From positions 3,198-67,197 of the forward strand of contig JABIAY010000057.1 of NCBI GenBank assembly GCA_018653085.1: 64,000 nt of DNA, read 5' to 3'. Source of the stretch: Nitrospina sp. Lineage in GTDB: Bacteria; Nitrospinota; Nitrospinia; Nitrospinales; VA-1. A model generated the notes under the pieces. That model did not search any database. It was not told the DNA's origin and was given only the letters and a program-made list of their open reading frames with translations. A program made the translations under genes and the position numbers. Position 1 is the stretch's first letter, and the number at the start of each line of letters is the position of its first letter. Below are positions 35,915 to 44,464 of this stretch, one piece after another.

Positions 35915-36395
35915 TACACTTGCCTCCCCAACTGAGATTGGAAAAAAAACTATTAAACTAAACAAGCACTACCAAACAAAATGAATTGACCCCTGTAGGA
36001 GTCAACTGATTATCTTTTCAGGATACCCTACGCATAATGACCATTTATCCTACACCTAAAATAGGTGTAAACGGTCTGTGAATGTCAGAATCTATAACCT
36101 TACGGCCTGTTTGTCAATAAAAAATCGGCTCTTCCTGCAAACTGAATAAAACACAGGTCGAACAAATTTAAAAATGCCCGTTATTTTGTCAATAAACTAT
36201 TGAAAAAAAAGCATTTAATGACTTATATTTTTTCAGTTGTTGGCTTTTTGAAAAAATAGGGATTGTCTGTTTGGTTTGACGGGTTCGGTCTTGAAGGGAG
36301 GGTTTTCCCAAACAAGGGAAAACTGGATAAGTACTCTCAAATTCGTATAATGAAAAAGTGGCTGTGTGAATTACAAACAAACAAAATATATTTTC

Positions 36396-36779
36396 ATGTC
36401 TTCAAAAAAACTTTTTACTCTGGATGAAGCGAATTCCCTGATTCCCCAGTTGTTGAGTTGGGTTCCTGAAATTCAAAAGTTATCTGCTTCAATGAATCGA
36501 GACTTTCCTGATATCCGCAATGCTCGCGAAAAGGCCAAGTGGAACGGCGGAAGTGTTGAGGGGGTTGAGTACCTGAATGTGATCACGAAATATAATCACC
36601 TGACCCGGAAGATTGAATCTGCTGGTTGTGAGATCAAGGGGATTCGTGAGGGCCTGGTGGATTTCCCCTCTCTCCGGGAAGGTCGGGAAGTATATCTTTG
36701 CTGGAGAATGCCGGAAAAAGAGATCCGGTTCTGGCATGACCTTGATTCCGGTTTTGCCGGCCGCCAGCCCATTCACTAG
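36396..36779 (+). CDS. DUF2203-family protein
   Basis: The family patterns KLFTLDEANSLIPQL... and GLVDFPSLREGREVYLCWRMPEKEIRFWHDLDSGFAGRQPI are present. The last codons CAC TAG coincide with the start of the downstream repeat. Confidence 0.7.
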   Translation: MSSKKLFTLDEANSLIPQLLSWVPEIQKLSASMNRDFPDIRNAREKAKWNGGSVEGVEYLNVITKYNHLTRKIESAGCEIKGIREGLVDFPSLREGREVYLCWRMPEKEIRFWHDLDSGFAGRQPIH

Positions 36780-37055
36780 CCGTGAAGGCAGATAGCAATG
36801 GCTTGTTAAGCCGAGAAGAACGGTTGCTAGCCAATAAGCTATTGTTAATTATCAGCGGAGGTTCTCCGCCACTAGCCGCCGGGCCACGCCCGGTGGGAAC
36901 GGGTCAATGGCTTCTTGGGCTGAGAAGAACGGTTGCTAGCCAATAAAAGCTATTGCAGGTTGAGTCCAGCGTCACGCTGGCCAGCGGAGGTTCTCCGCCA
37001 CTAGCCGCCGGGCCACGCCCGGTGGGAGCGGGTCAATGGCTTGACGAGCCTTTGC
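36774..37055 (+). repeat. Composite intergenic repeat block (family 1 variants) filling the convergent gap
   Basis: The module CAGCGGAGGTTCTCCGCCACTAGCCGCCGGGCCACGCCCGGTGGGA.CGGGTCAATGGCTT occurs twice (starts 36853 and 36982). GAGAAGAACGGTTGCTAGCCAATAA occurs twice (36813 and 36922). The palindrome CCAGCGTCACGCTGG is also seen at 18695 (as CCAGCGTGACGCTGG) and at about 50772. Confidence 0.85.
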
Positions 37056-37835
37056 TCATTTCCGCTTTTTCTCTGCGAAAATTTTGCGAACCTGCTGAAC
37101 AAGTTTGGAGTTTCCCACCACTGCGGTTCCTTCTTCAATGCTGGCGCGGTTTCCGGCGAAGTTTGCGAAACGGCCCCCGGCCTCCTGAACCAGAATTTTA
37201 CATGGGGCGTAGTCCCATATTTTGGCAAGCGGGTCCACCATCACGTCCACAACACCTCTTATTGCCATCAGGTGACCGAAGGCATCGGGATAGGTTCTCA
37301 CGATTTCGGCTTCCTGATTCAGGCGGTTGTACAGGAAACTGCACTTTTCACTACGAAAACAATAATGGTCTGCCACGGCGACAAAAGCTCCCTTCAAGCG
37401 GGACTGCGAAGAAACTTTGAGGGGTTGCCCATTTGCAAAGGCACCTTTTCCTTTTACGGCCCAGGCCGTTTCCCCCAGCGCTGGCAGTTCGATGATGCCC
37501 AAAACCGGTTCCCCCTTGTGCAGGAGAGCTATCATGGATGCGAAAAGGGGCAGTCCTCTTACAAATGACCGGGTGCCATCTACAGGGTCAATCGTCCAGA
37601 CCCATTCGGCGTCTTCGTTGTGGTTGCCGAACTCCTCTCCGATGATCCCGTGGTCGGGAAAATATTTGGAAATTTTTTTGCGCAGAATTTCTTCGGCTTT
37701 ACGGTCCGCGATGGTAACGGGACTCAGGTCCTCTTTCACGTCAACGGAAAACTCTCCTCGATACCATTTTAAAACTTCCGCCTTCGCGGGTTTCATCATG
37801 GACAATGCTACATCTTTAACTTCCAGTAAATTCAT
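37056..37835 (-). CDS. Inositol monophosphatase-family phosphatase (SuhB / HisN-like)
   Basis: The motifs IIGEEFG, WTIDPVDGT and WDYAPCKILVQEAGG are present. The start at MNLLEVKD (37835) is preferred, because the 24 upstream residues of the listed ORF are encoded by the 98-bp repeat. Confidence 0.85.
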   Translation of the reverse strand: MNLLEVKDVALSMMKPAKAEVLKWYRGEFSVDVKEDLSPVTIADRKAEEILRKKISKYFPDHGIIGEEFGNHNEDAEWVWTIDPVDGTRSFVRGLPLFASMIALLHKGEPVLGIIELPALGETAWAVKGKGAFANGQPLKVSSQSRLKGAFVAVADHYCFRSEKCSFLYNRLNQEAEIVRTYPDAFGHLMAIRGVVDVMVDPLAKIWDYAPCKILVQEAGGRFANFAGNRASIEEGTAVVGNSKLVQQVRKIFAEKKRK

Positions 37836-37871
37836 GGCTGAAATAACCTTCAGGGTTAAGAAAACTTCCGG

Positions 37872-38176
37872 GTGAGAGGGCCACTCGGCGTGGGGCCAAT
37901 GAGCCATCGCTTAATCTGGCTGGCAAAGAGTTGTCTCGGCATAAAAAGTCTTTGCTCTCTGCCTCCCTCGCTAGAGGGCCACTCGGCGTGGGGCCAATGA
38001 GCCATCGCTTAATCTGGCTGGCAAAGAGTTGTCTCGGCATAAAAAGTCTTTGCTCTCTGCCTCCCTCGCTAGAGGGCCACTCGGCGTGGGGCCAATGAGT
38101 CATCGCTTAATCTGGCTGGCAATGAGTTGTCTCGGCTTGAAAAGTCCTTGCTCTCTGCTTCCCTCGCTAGAGGGCA
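37872..38176 (+). repeat. Tandem array of a 98-bp structured repeat (3 full units plus a partial unit)
   Basis: GAGGGCC starts at 37876, 37974, 38072 and 38170, an exact 98-bp period. Units 1 and 2 are identical, and unit 3 has several substitutions. The unit is homologous to the single copies at 27311, 18685 and 3455. Confidence 0.95.
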
Positions 38177-38276
38177 GGGAAAATATCGTTGCTTTAATCA
38201 CTGTTTAAATTATAATCGACCATTCGTATTCATTAATAATTGAAAAAAATATCGCTTTATATCGGGCTAAAAAAAT

Positions 38277-39170
38277 ATGCGTGACAAGAATTTAATGATT
38301 GGAATTATAGGCTGTTTTGCCATTGCCGTGTTGTTTGTCGGGGTCATCGTCTGGGAGATAAAAAAATCTATCGAACATGATGAGAGAGTACAACAAATGG
38401 CCAAAAAAGCCAATAACGTGGAAGTTTCTGACAATCGGGATTTCAGTATCTATGAAACCCTTGTCGGGGATGATGGGCGGGAAATGATTTTGGTGCCTGA
38501 GGGTATTTTTTCCCGCGGCTCCGACGCAGGGGGCTTTGACGAAAAACCCATGCAGGAAGTTTACCTCAATGCATTTTTTGTGGATAAATATGAGGTGAGC
38601 GTGGAGGCGTATAACAAATATCGCAAGGCGACCGGTTATGTGGAGCCATCGGTTCCGTTTTTTCAGGGGGACAGTGAGGTGATGAAGGTTCCCCGTCATG
38701 CTGTTGTTGGGGTTTCCTGGGACGATGCTGTCAACTATTGTAACTGGGCCGGCAAAAGGCTTTTGACGGAGGCAGAGTGGGAAAAAGCGGCGCGGGGAAC
38801 TCACGGACTCAAATACCCCTGGGGGAACAAGATCCTCTCCAAACGCGCTAACTTAGCTGGTACAGGGGATGGGCATGCCTACATGGGGCCAGTGGGAAGT
38901 TATCCCATGGGGCGAAGCGTTTATGGAGTTTATGATATGGCTGGCAATGTTTCGGAGTGGGTCGATGACTTCTATGACCAGTTCTATTATAAAACTGCCC
39001 CGATGATGAATCCGACCGGTCCTGAGAATAAACGAAACCGCGTTTTCCGTGGCGGCTCATGGGACGCAAGAAGCGTGGACATCCGTACTGCCAAACGTTT
39101 TGCCGCTTCGCCTGGAAGAAAGGATAGTATTCTGGGCTTTCGTTGCGGTCGTTCAAAAGATCCTAAATAG
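38277..39170 (+). CDS. Membrane-anchored formylglycine-generating-enzyme (SUMF1/EgtB/PvdO)-family protein
   Basis: An N-terminal TM helix is followed by an FGE-sulfatase domain (VGVSWDDAVNYCNWAGKRLLTEAEWEKAARG, YDMAGNVSEWVDD, RGGSW, GFRC). Confidence 0.85.
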   Translation: MRDKNLMIGIIGCFAIAVLFVGVIVWEIKKSIEHDERVQQMAKKANNVEVSDNRDFSIYETLVGDDGREMILVPEGIFSRGSDAGGFDEKPMQEVYLNAFFVDKYEVSVEAYNKYRKATGYVEPSVPFFQGDSEVMKVPRHAVVGVSWDDAVNYCNWAGKRLLTEAEWEKAARGTHGLKYPWGNKILSKRANLAGTGDGHAYMGPVGSYPMGRSVYGVYDMAGNVSEWVDDFYDQFYYKTAPMMNPTGPENKRNRVFRGGSWDARSVDIRTAKRFAASPGRKDSILGFRCGRSKDPK

Positions 39171-39203
39171 TCCACTCACAGGAACATGAAAAATCATTCT
39201 ATT

Positions 39204-39282
39204 CGTCATCGCGAGTCGCGAAGCGGCGTGGCGACCCAGGTTTTCTGGATTGCTTCGTCACCGCTGGTTCCTCGCAATGACG
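39204..39282. repeat. Long imperfect hairpin repeat, family 2 (CGTCATCGCGAG...CTCGCAATGACG)
   Basis: The inverted termini enclose GCGAAGC...GCTTCG and CCAG-gtttt-CTGG. Related copies lie at 46665-46735 and 50724-50822. A CAGCGGAGGTACTCCGCC module follows at about 39379. Confidence 0.8.
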
Positions 39283-39342
39283 GGTTATGCAGAGGTCTCC
39301 TCGCATGGGAGATAGGTAATAATGGCTCGTTGAGCCGCGAGA

Positions 39343-42300
39343 ATGTTTGCTAGCGAGAGAAAGATATTGCAAGTTACCAGCGGAGGTACTCCGCCCCGAA
39401 TCTGGATTTTCCTGTTTTTCTTCGTTTCCGGCGCAACCGGGCTGATCTACGAAGTCGTGTGGACTCGTTTGCTCACTTTGGTGATGGGGAATACTCACTA
39501 TTCCATTGCCACCGTCCTGACTGCGTTCATGGGCGGACTTGCCCTGGGGAGCTATGCCGGGGGCAGGATGATCGACAGGAGGTTTTTAGCCCCCCTGACT
39601 GCCTACGCCTTTCTGGAACTGGGCATCGGTTTATATTGCCTGATCATTCCTGGGTTGATCGATTTTGCTTTCCCCGTATTCAAGTGGGTTTACCTCAACT
39701 GGGGAGATTCTTATACCCAGGCCAGCCTGATCCGCTTCTTCATTTGCGTGACCATCTTAATCATTCCCGCCACCTTCATGGGTGCGACCTTACCGGTGCT
39801 CAGCAAGTTTGTGTCCCGGGATGAAGCCCATATCGGGAAAGATGTGGGAACCTTGTATTCTATTAACACCTTTGGTGCGGTTTTTGGGGCCTGGGCTTCC
39901 GCGTTTGTGTTCATGCGGCTTTGGGGAGTCCAGTCCACGATCTGGATGACAGCCCTGTTGAACCTCGCCATTGCCGCAGTTATTTTCCTGGTATTCAAGT
40001 CCCCGGTGCAAGGCTCCACGACTCATGAGCCAAAGAGTTCCCCCCTTGATAACAGGGAAAAATTAATCCTCTTGAGTTTTGGGCTTTCGGGCATGGTAGC
40101 TCTGGTCTACCAGATCGCCTGGAACCGTATTTTGTCTCTTTTACTGGGTTCCTCCGTTTATGCCTTCAGCCTGATTCTGACCGTTTTTATATTGGGACTG
40201 GCATTGGGCACCGCCAGCTTTTCCAGGCTCCTGTCTAAATTTAGTAATTACATGAAGGTTTATGGTATAACTCAAATAATAATAGGAATATCTTCTCTTT
40301 TAATTATCCCATTGTTTGGCTCTATCCCTTTTGCCAACCGCTGGATTTATGAGAACTGGGGATTGCAATTTGAGTTCATTCAGCTGACGAATTTCCTGAT
40401 TATTTTTGCCCTGCTTTTCATCCCTACCTTTTTTATGGGAGCCCAGTTTCCATTGGTCATTAAACTGATGGCGCGAAAGTTGGAAACCCTGGGCAGTCAT
40501 GTGGGCCGGGTCTATGCCAGTAATACCATCGGTGCCATTATCGGATCCTTTATTGCGGGGTTCATCCTGATACCTGAATTGGGATTGCAGACCACTCTCA
40601 TAAGCGGGGTGTTTTCGAATGTTCTGCTGGGAACCGCGATACTCATGCTGGGGGCCCGGCTCAACCTTGGCGTGAAGATCTACGTTCTGCCGGTGTTTTT
40701 GATTTTTTGCGTATTTGCGGCAAAATCCATTGGGCCGTGGGACAAATCTGTGATTTCCAGTGGTTCCTTCATGCCTTACCGCATTGCGGACCTTAAAGCC
40801 GCTGAGCTGAAGAAAAATAAAATCCTTTTCTTTAAGGAGGGTATGCATACAACGGTGACCACCGAACTTTCTGTATCCGGGAATATTTTCCTGCGTGTGA
40901 ACGGAAAGACCGATGCCTCTCTGGCTCTTGATATGCGAACGCAATTGCTTTCCGGTTATCTTCCCATGTTGTTTCACCCTGATCCCAAATCCGTTCTGGT
41001 GGTCGGGCAGGGTAGTGGCATTACTTTGGGGGCAGTGGAACAGTTTCCGGCTAATGAGATCACGCTTGTTGAGATTTCTCCTGCAGTCATCGAGGGTTCC
41101 CGGTTTTTTGATCCCTTCAACCACCATGCGCTGGATGACGATAGAGTGACCCTGAAACTTGAGGATGGACGCAACCATATAGCCCTTTCTGAGAGCACCT
41201 ATGACGTAATCGTTTCGGAACCCTCTAATCCCTGGATTTCGGGGGTGGGGGCTTTATTTACCGTGAACTTTTTCGAATTGCTGAAAAAGCGGTTGAATCC
41301 GGGTGGGGTGGCCTGCATCTGGGTTCACACCAATATGTCGCCGGATAGCTTTAAGTCTATTGTCCGGTCTTTCAGTGAGGAGTTTCCCTTTGTGAGCATG
41401 TGGGAATCCATAGCGGGAGACGACTACCTGCTGATCGGGTCTGAGGAGGAATACGGCTTGTCCTATGAAAAAGCCCGGAAATACTTATCGGATGAAACAG
41501 TCGGGCGCGATTTGCACCGCATTGGCATCAATAATGTCCCGGACCTTTTGAGCTTGATGATCATGTCCCGGAAAAAGCTGTTGGAGTTCAGTGCTTCGGC
41601 TCCCCTGCATACTGACGATAACTCCTTGCTCGAGTTCAATGCCCCGGAATATGTTTATAAAGATGAACGTGCGGTTCTGGTCCGGCAGTTGACGCCTTTT
41701 ATCGAGATAGAGCCGGAGTTTGTCAGCTTTTCTGAAACCGATGGCGACATTCGTGAAAAGGTGATGGCGAAGCTCTTAAAGCTGCAACGATCAGAAAGCC
41801 AGATTGAAGATATCAAGAAGAAGGCCGAACTGGAGAGGCTTTTGGATCAGGCAGTAGAGGCGTTTAATGTCGGCGACATCAGCGGGGCCCTGCAAAGCTA
41901 CCAGAAGATCCTGATATTGGACCCGGAACATGTGATGACCTATTACAATATGGGTAATATTTTTCTTGAACTCAAGTTGACGGATCAGGCCGAGTCTGCT
42001 TACCAAAGTGCTCTTCAGGTCAACCCGTTTTATGTGTTTGGTTCCATAGGTCTGGCCAGGCTCCATGTGTTTTCCGGCCAGCCCGACAAGGCCATCAAGG
42101 TTTTACGTGATACGTTGAAGTGGTATGCAGGGGACCATGAAGTCAGCCTGTACCTTGGATTGGCGTATGCGTTTAAAAAGGATTCTGCAAGGGCCATTCA
42201 GGAGCTTAATAAATCATTGCAGTGGGACCCGGATTTTCCACCTGCGCACTATTACCTGGGGGTCCAGTATCAAACCCGGAGTCCAGCATTAGCCAAAAAA

Positions 42301-42390
42301 CATTTAGAAACATTTTTGCAGTTGGCATCCTCACGGCCGGGTTATGAAAACCTTCAGCCGAGAGCGGAAAAAATATTAAATAAACTTTAA
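39343..42390 (+). CDS. Fused polytopic-membrane (MFS-like) / spermidine-synthase-like / TPR-repeat protein
   Basis: About 12 or more TM helices open with FFFVSGATGLIYEVVWTRLL. A class-I MTase/aminopropyltransferase-like domain follows (VLVVGQGSGITLG, LVEISP, DVIVSEPSNPW), then C-terminal TPR repeats. An alternative TTG start exists at 39367. Confidence 0.85.
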   Translation: MFASERKILQVTSGGTPPRIWIFLFFFVSGATGLIYEVVWTRLLTLVMGNTHYSIATVLTAFMGGLALGSYAGGRMIDRRFLAPLTAYAFLELGIGLYCLIIPGLIDFAFPVFKWVYLNWGDSYTQASLIRFFICVTILIIPATFMGATLPVLSKFVSRDEAHIGKDVGTLYSINTFGAVFGAWASAFVFMRLWGVQSTIWMTALLNLAIAAVIFLVFKSPVQGSTTHEPKSSPLDNREKLILLSFGLSGMVALVYQIAWNRILSLLLGSSVYAFSLILTVFILGLALGTASFSRLLSKFSNYMKVYGITQIIIGISSLLIIPLFGSIPFANRWIYENWGLQFEFIQLTNFLIIFALLFIPTFFMGAQFPLVIKLMARKLETLGSHVGRVYASNTIGAIIGSFIAGFILIPELGLQTTLISGVFSNVLLGTAILMLGARLNLGVKIYVLPVFLIFCVFAAKSIGPWDKSVISSGSFMPYRIADLKAAELKKNKILFFKEGMHTTVTTELSVSGNIFLRVNGKTDASLALDMRTQLLSGYLPMLFHPDPKSVLVVGQGSGITLGAVEQFPANEITLVEISPAVIEGSRFFDPFNHHALDDDRVTLKLEDGRNHIALSESTYDVIVSEPSNPWISGVGALFTVNFFELLKKRLNPGGVACIWVHTNMSPDSFKSIVRSFSEEFPFVSMWESIAGDDYLLIGSEEEYGLSYEKARKYLSDETVGRDLHRIGINNVPDLLSLMIMSRKKLLEFSASAPLHTDDNSLLEFNAPEYVYKDERAVLVRQLTPFIEIEPEFVSFSETDGDIREKVMAKLLKLQRSESQIEDIKKKAELERLLDQAVEAFNVGDISGALQSYQKILILDPEHVMTYYNMGNIFLELKLTDQAESAYQSALQVNPFYVFGSIGLARLHVFSGQPDKAIKVLRDTLKWYAGDHEVSLYLGLAYAFKKDSARAIQELNKSLQWDPDFPPAHYYLGVQYQTRSPALAKKHLETFLQLASSRPGYENLQPRAEKILNKL

Positions 42391-42472
42391 AGAGAAAACT
42401 GGTATACTCGTTGTTCCTCTTGGTCGATGACCCTGCCGGAAAAATTTCCCAGTAACTAGAATTTAAGGTCCC

Positions 42473-43207
42473 ATGCCCGGAAAAATTAAAGCTCTGTGGT
42501 ACTTTTGTATGGTCGTTGTTGTTGCCGGATTTTTGATGCTTGCTGTGCGTGGTGAGATGAATAAAGCCAGCGAGAAGGCAGATGCGGTATATCAATCAGT
42601 GGCTGAAAAACAAAAGGAAATAGACAAAAAAACGATTCAAATAGATCCGATCAAATTAGTTCGTGAACTGAACGCGCTGGGTAAATACCAGGAAGCGGTG
42701 GATATAGCTCAAAAGGCCGGCGAACGGAATCCGGATCGTGCTGAAATCCAGACCTGGTGGGGAATTTCTCTGGTCAAACTGGGTAAGAGAGCGGAAGCCA
42801 TTGAGCATTTTATTCTGGCATCAGAAAAGGATCCCACCGATGAGAAAGCCTATCTGTATTGGGGATTGACGCTGGCAATGGATAAAAAATTTGAGGATGC
42901 CATTGATCATTACAGGACGGTGCTGGAGATCAACCCCGAGCACAGTAATGCTTATGCCTATTGGGGAACATCCCTGAGTGCTTTGGGAAAGTTGGATGAA
43001 GCTGTTTCCAAACTGGAAGAGAGCCTGCAGTTAAACTCATTCAACAGCAATGCTTATGAAGTTCTGATAGATGTTTTATACCAACAACAGAAATATGAAC
43101 GCGCCTGGGAAATGGTTCATAAAGCCCGGGCCGATAATGTTGCCTTGAAACAGAGCTCTATAGACCGCTTATCCAAGGTTTCCCCAGAATCTTCCCAAAA
43201 TCCTTGA
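42473..43207 (+). CDS. Membrane-anchored TPR-repeat protein
   Basis: An N-terminal TM helix is followed by several TPR units (AEIQTWWGISLVKLGKRAEAIEHF, AYLYWGLTLAMDKKFEDAIDHY, AYAYWGTSLSALGKLDEAVSKL). Confidence 0.8.
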   Translation: MPGKIKALWYFCMVVVVAGFLMLAVRGEMNKASEKADAVYQSVAEKQKEIDKKTIQIDPIKLVRELNALGKYQEAVDIAQKAGERNPDRAEIQTWWGISLVKLGKRAEAIEHFILASEKDPTDEKAYLYWGLTLAMDKKFEDAIDHYRTVLEINPEHSNAYAYWGTSLSALGKLDEAVSKLEESLQLNSFNSNAYEVLIDVLYQQQKYERAWEMVHKARADNVALKQSSIDRLSKVSPESSQNP

Positions 43208-43428
43208 AATGTTGAGGGTTTTAAAACGACCAACCTGATATTGGCATAAGAACTGCAACTATGCTTTGAAAGCAGGTTTTGTGTCAATATTGCAAACATT
43301 GAAAATACTGCTTGAAATTGAATGGATTAGAGGTTACTTATTAGTTGTCAGTAATGGTAATCAAGGTCTTTTCAGCAGTCTGCTATTTTACAAACAGGGG
43401 TTTCTAACAAATTCAGGTTTTACAAAAA

Positions 43429-44355
43429 ATGCGGATCATGAATTCAAAAAAAACAAGTAAGGGTTTTTTGCTCTCGGTATTCTTTTTAGTTTTTTGGCTA
43501 GCTCCTTTTTCCTTGGTCAGTGGTGCGGATTTTGATTCCGAGGTGCCTAACTTTGTTACCGATATTACCGAAATCGGTGAGAATGTTTTTGCGCAAACCT
43601 CAGAAGTTACCATCAAGCTGGAAAAGAGAATTCCCAGAAGTACTGATGATTCCTCTATTGAAACCGCTCAGGGAATAGTCAAGTCCTCTCAGGACCCGCA
43701 AGACTACGAAGACATGGAAGATCCTTTTGCCGGGGATAGCGAGGACCTGCCCATAATGTCAGATCCTCTTGAAGGCTATAATCGCTGGATGTTCGGGGTC
43801 AATGAGACCATATACGATAATGTGCTGGAGCCGGTTGCCAGAGGTTATCGGGACACGATACATGAGAACCTGCGTATTGCTCTGAAAAATGTTTTTTCCA
43901 ACGCCATGGCTCCTGTCAAACTTGTCAGCAGTTTGATCCAGTTGGACTTTGAAAAGTCCGGTCGGGTTCTGGCGCGAACCTTGATCAACACGACATTCGG
44001 GATAGGTGGGCTGGCGGATGTGGCCGGTGAAGAATATGATATCCAGGACGTCAACGAAGATTTTGATCAGGCTATGGGGTACTACGGTGTGCCAACGGGA
44101 CCCTATGTGGTTCTGCCGCTTTTTGGACCTTCTACGGCACGAAACATAATTGGGCGGGCGGCGGATTCTTTCATGAGTCCGACCTTTTTATTCGCTCCGG
44201 GTGCTGTCAGCGTTGGACTTTCTGTTGAAGAAAATATCAATGATGCCTCGTTTATCGTGGATGACAAAAAGCAGTTAGAAGAAAGCGCTCTGGATGAATA
44301 TGAAAGCGTTCGCGATTTCTTTCATCAATACCGACATGGATTAGTAAAAAAATAG
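43429..44355 (+). CDS. mlaA: MlaA/VacJ-family protein (outer-membrane lipid asymmetry)
   Basis: The family motifs DPLEGYNRWMFGVNETIYDNVLEPVARGY, NTTFGIGGLADVA, EDFDQAMGYYGVPTGPYVVLPLFGPSTAR are present. It has a signal peptide without an obvious lipobox. Confidence 0.85.
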   Translation: MRIMNSKKTSKGFLLSVFFLVFWLAPFSLVSGADFDSEVPNFVTDITEIGENVFAQTSEVTIKLEKRIPRSTDDSSIETAQGIVKSSQDPQDYEDMEDPFAGDSEDLPIMSDPLEGYNRWMFGVNETIYDNVLEPVARGYRDTIHENLRIALKNVFSNAMAPVKLVSSLIQLDFEKSGRVLARTLINTTFGIGGLADVAGEEYDIQDVNEDFDQAMGYYGVPTGPYVVLPLFGPSTARNIIGRAADSFMSPTFLFAPGAVSVGLSVEENINDASFIVDDKKQLEESALDEYESVRDFFHQYRHGLVKK

Positions 44356-44464
44356 GCCCCCTGTAGTTTTTCCCCTCCTTTATTTCCCCTGTTTTCTCGT
44401 TTATCCCTGCCTCATTTTCCTGTACCCTAGAACACTGTTCCCAAATTTATAGGGTGTTTTTATT

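Noticed and set aside
36634-38103. ORFs 36634-36834, 36953-37420, 37001-37228, 37041-37568, 37417-37875 and 37816-38103
   Set aside because: These are either read through the repeat blocks (the repeated MAHWPHAEWPS / PLAAGPRPVG peptides) or lie antisense or out of frame within the well-supported IMPase-family gene.
37872-38176. Regularly spaced direct repeats that might have been a CRISPR array
   Set aside because: The units are 98 bp long and abut each other with no unique spacers. No cas genes are present, and the unit is homologous to dispersed single-copy intergenic elements. This is a tandem repeat, not a CRISPR array.
39199-39498. 99-aa ORF (…HCEEPAVTKQSRKPGSPRRFATRDDE)
   Set aside because: It is encoded almost entirely by the family 2 hairpin repeat and the flanking repeat modules, antisense to the start of the 1015-aa gene. 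This is the typical pseudo-peptide generated by translating palindromic repeats.
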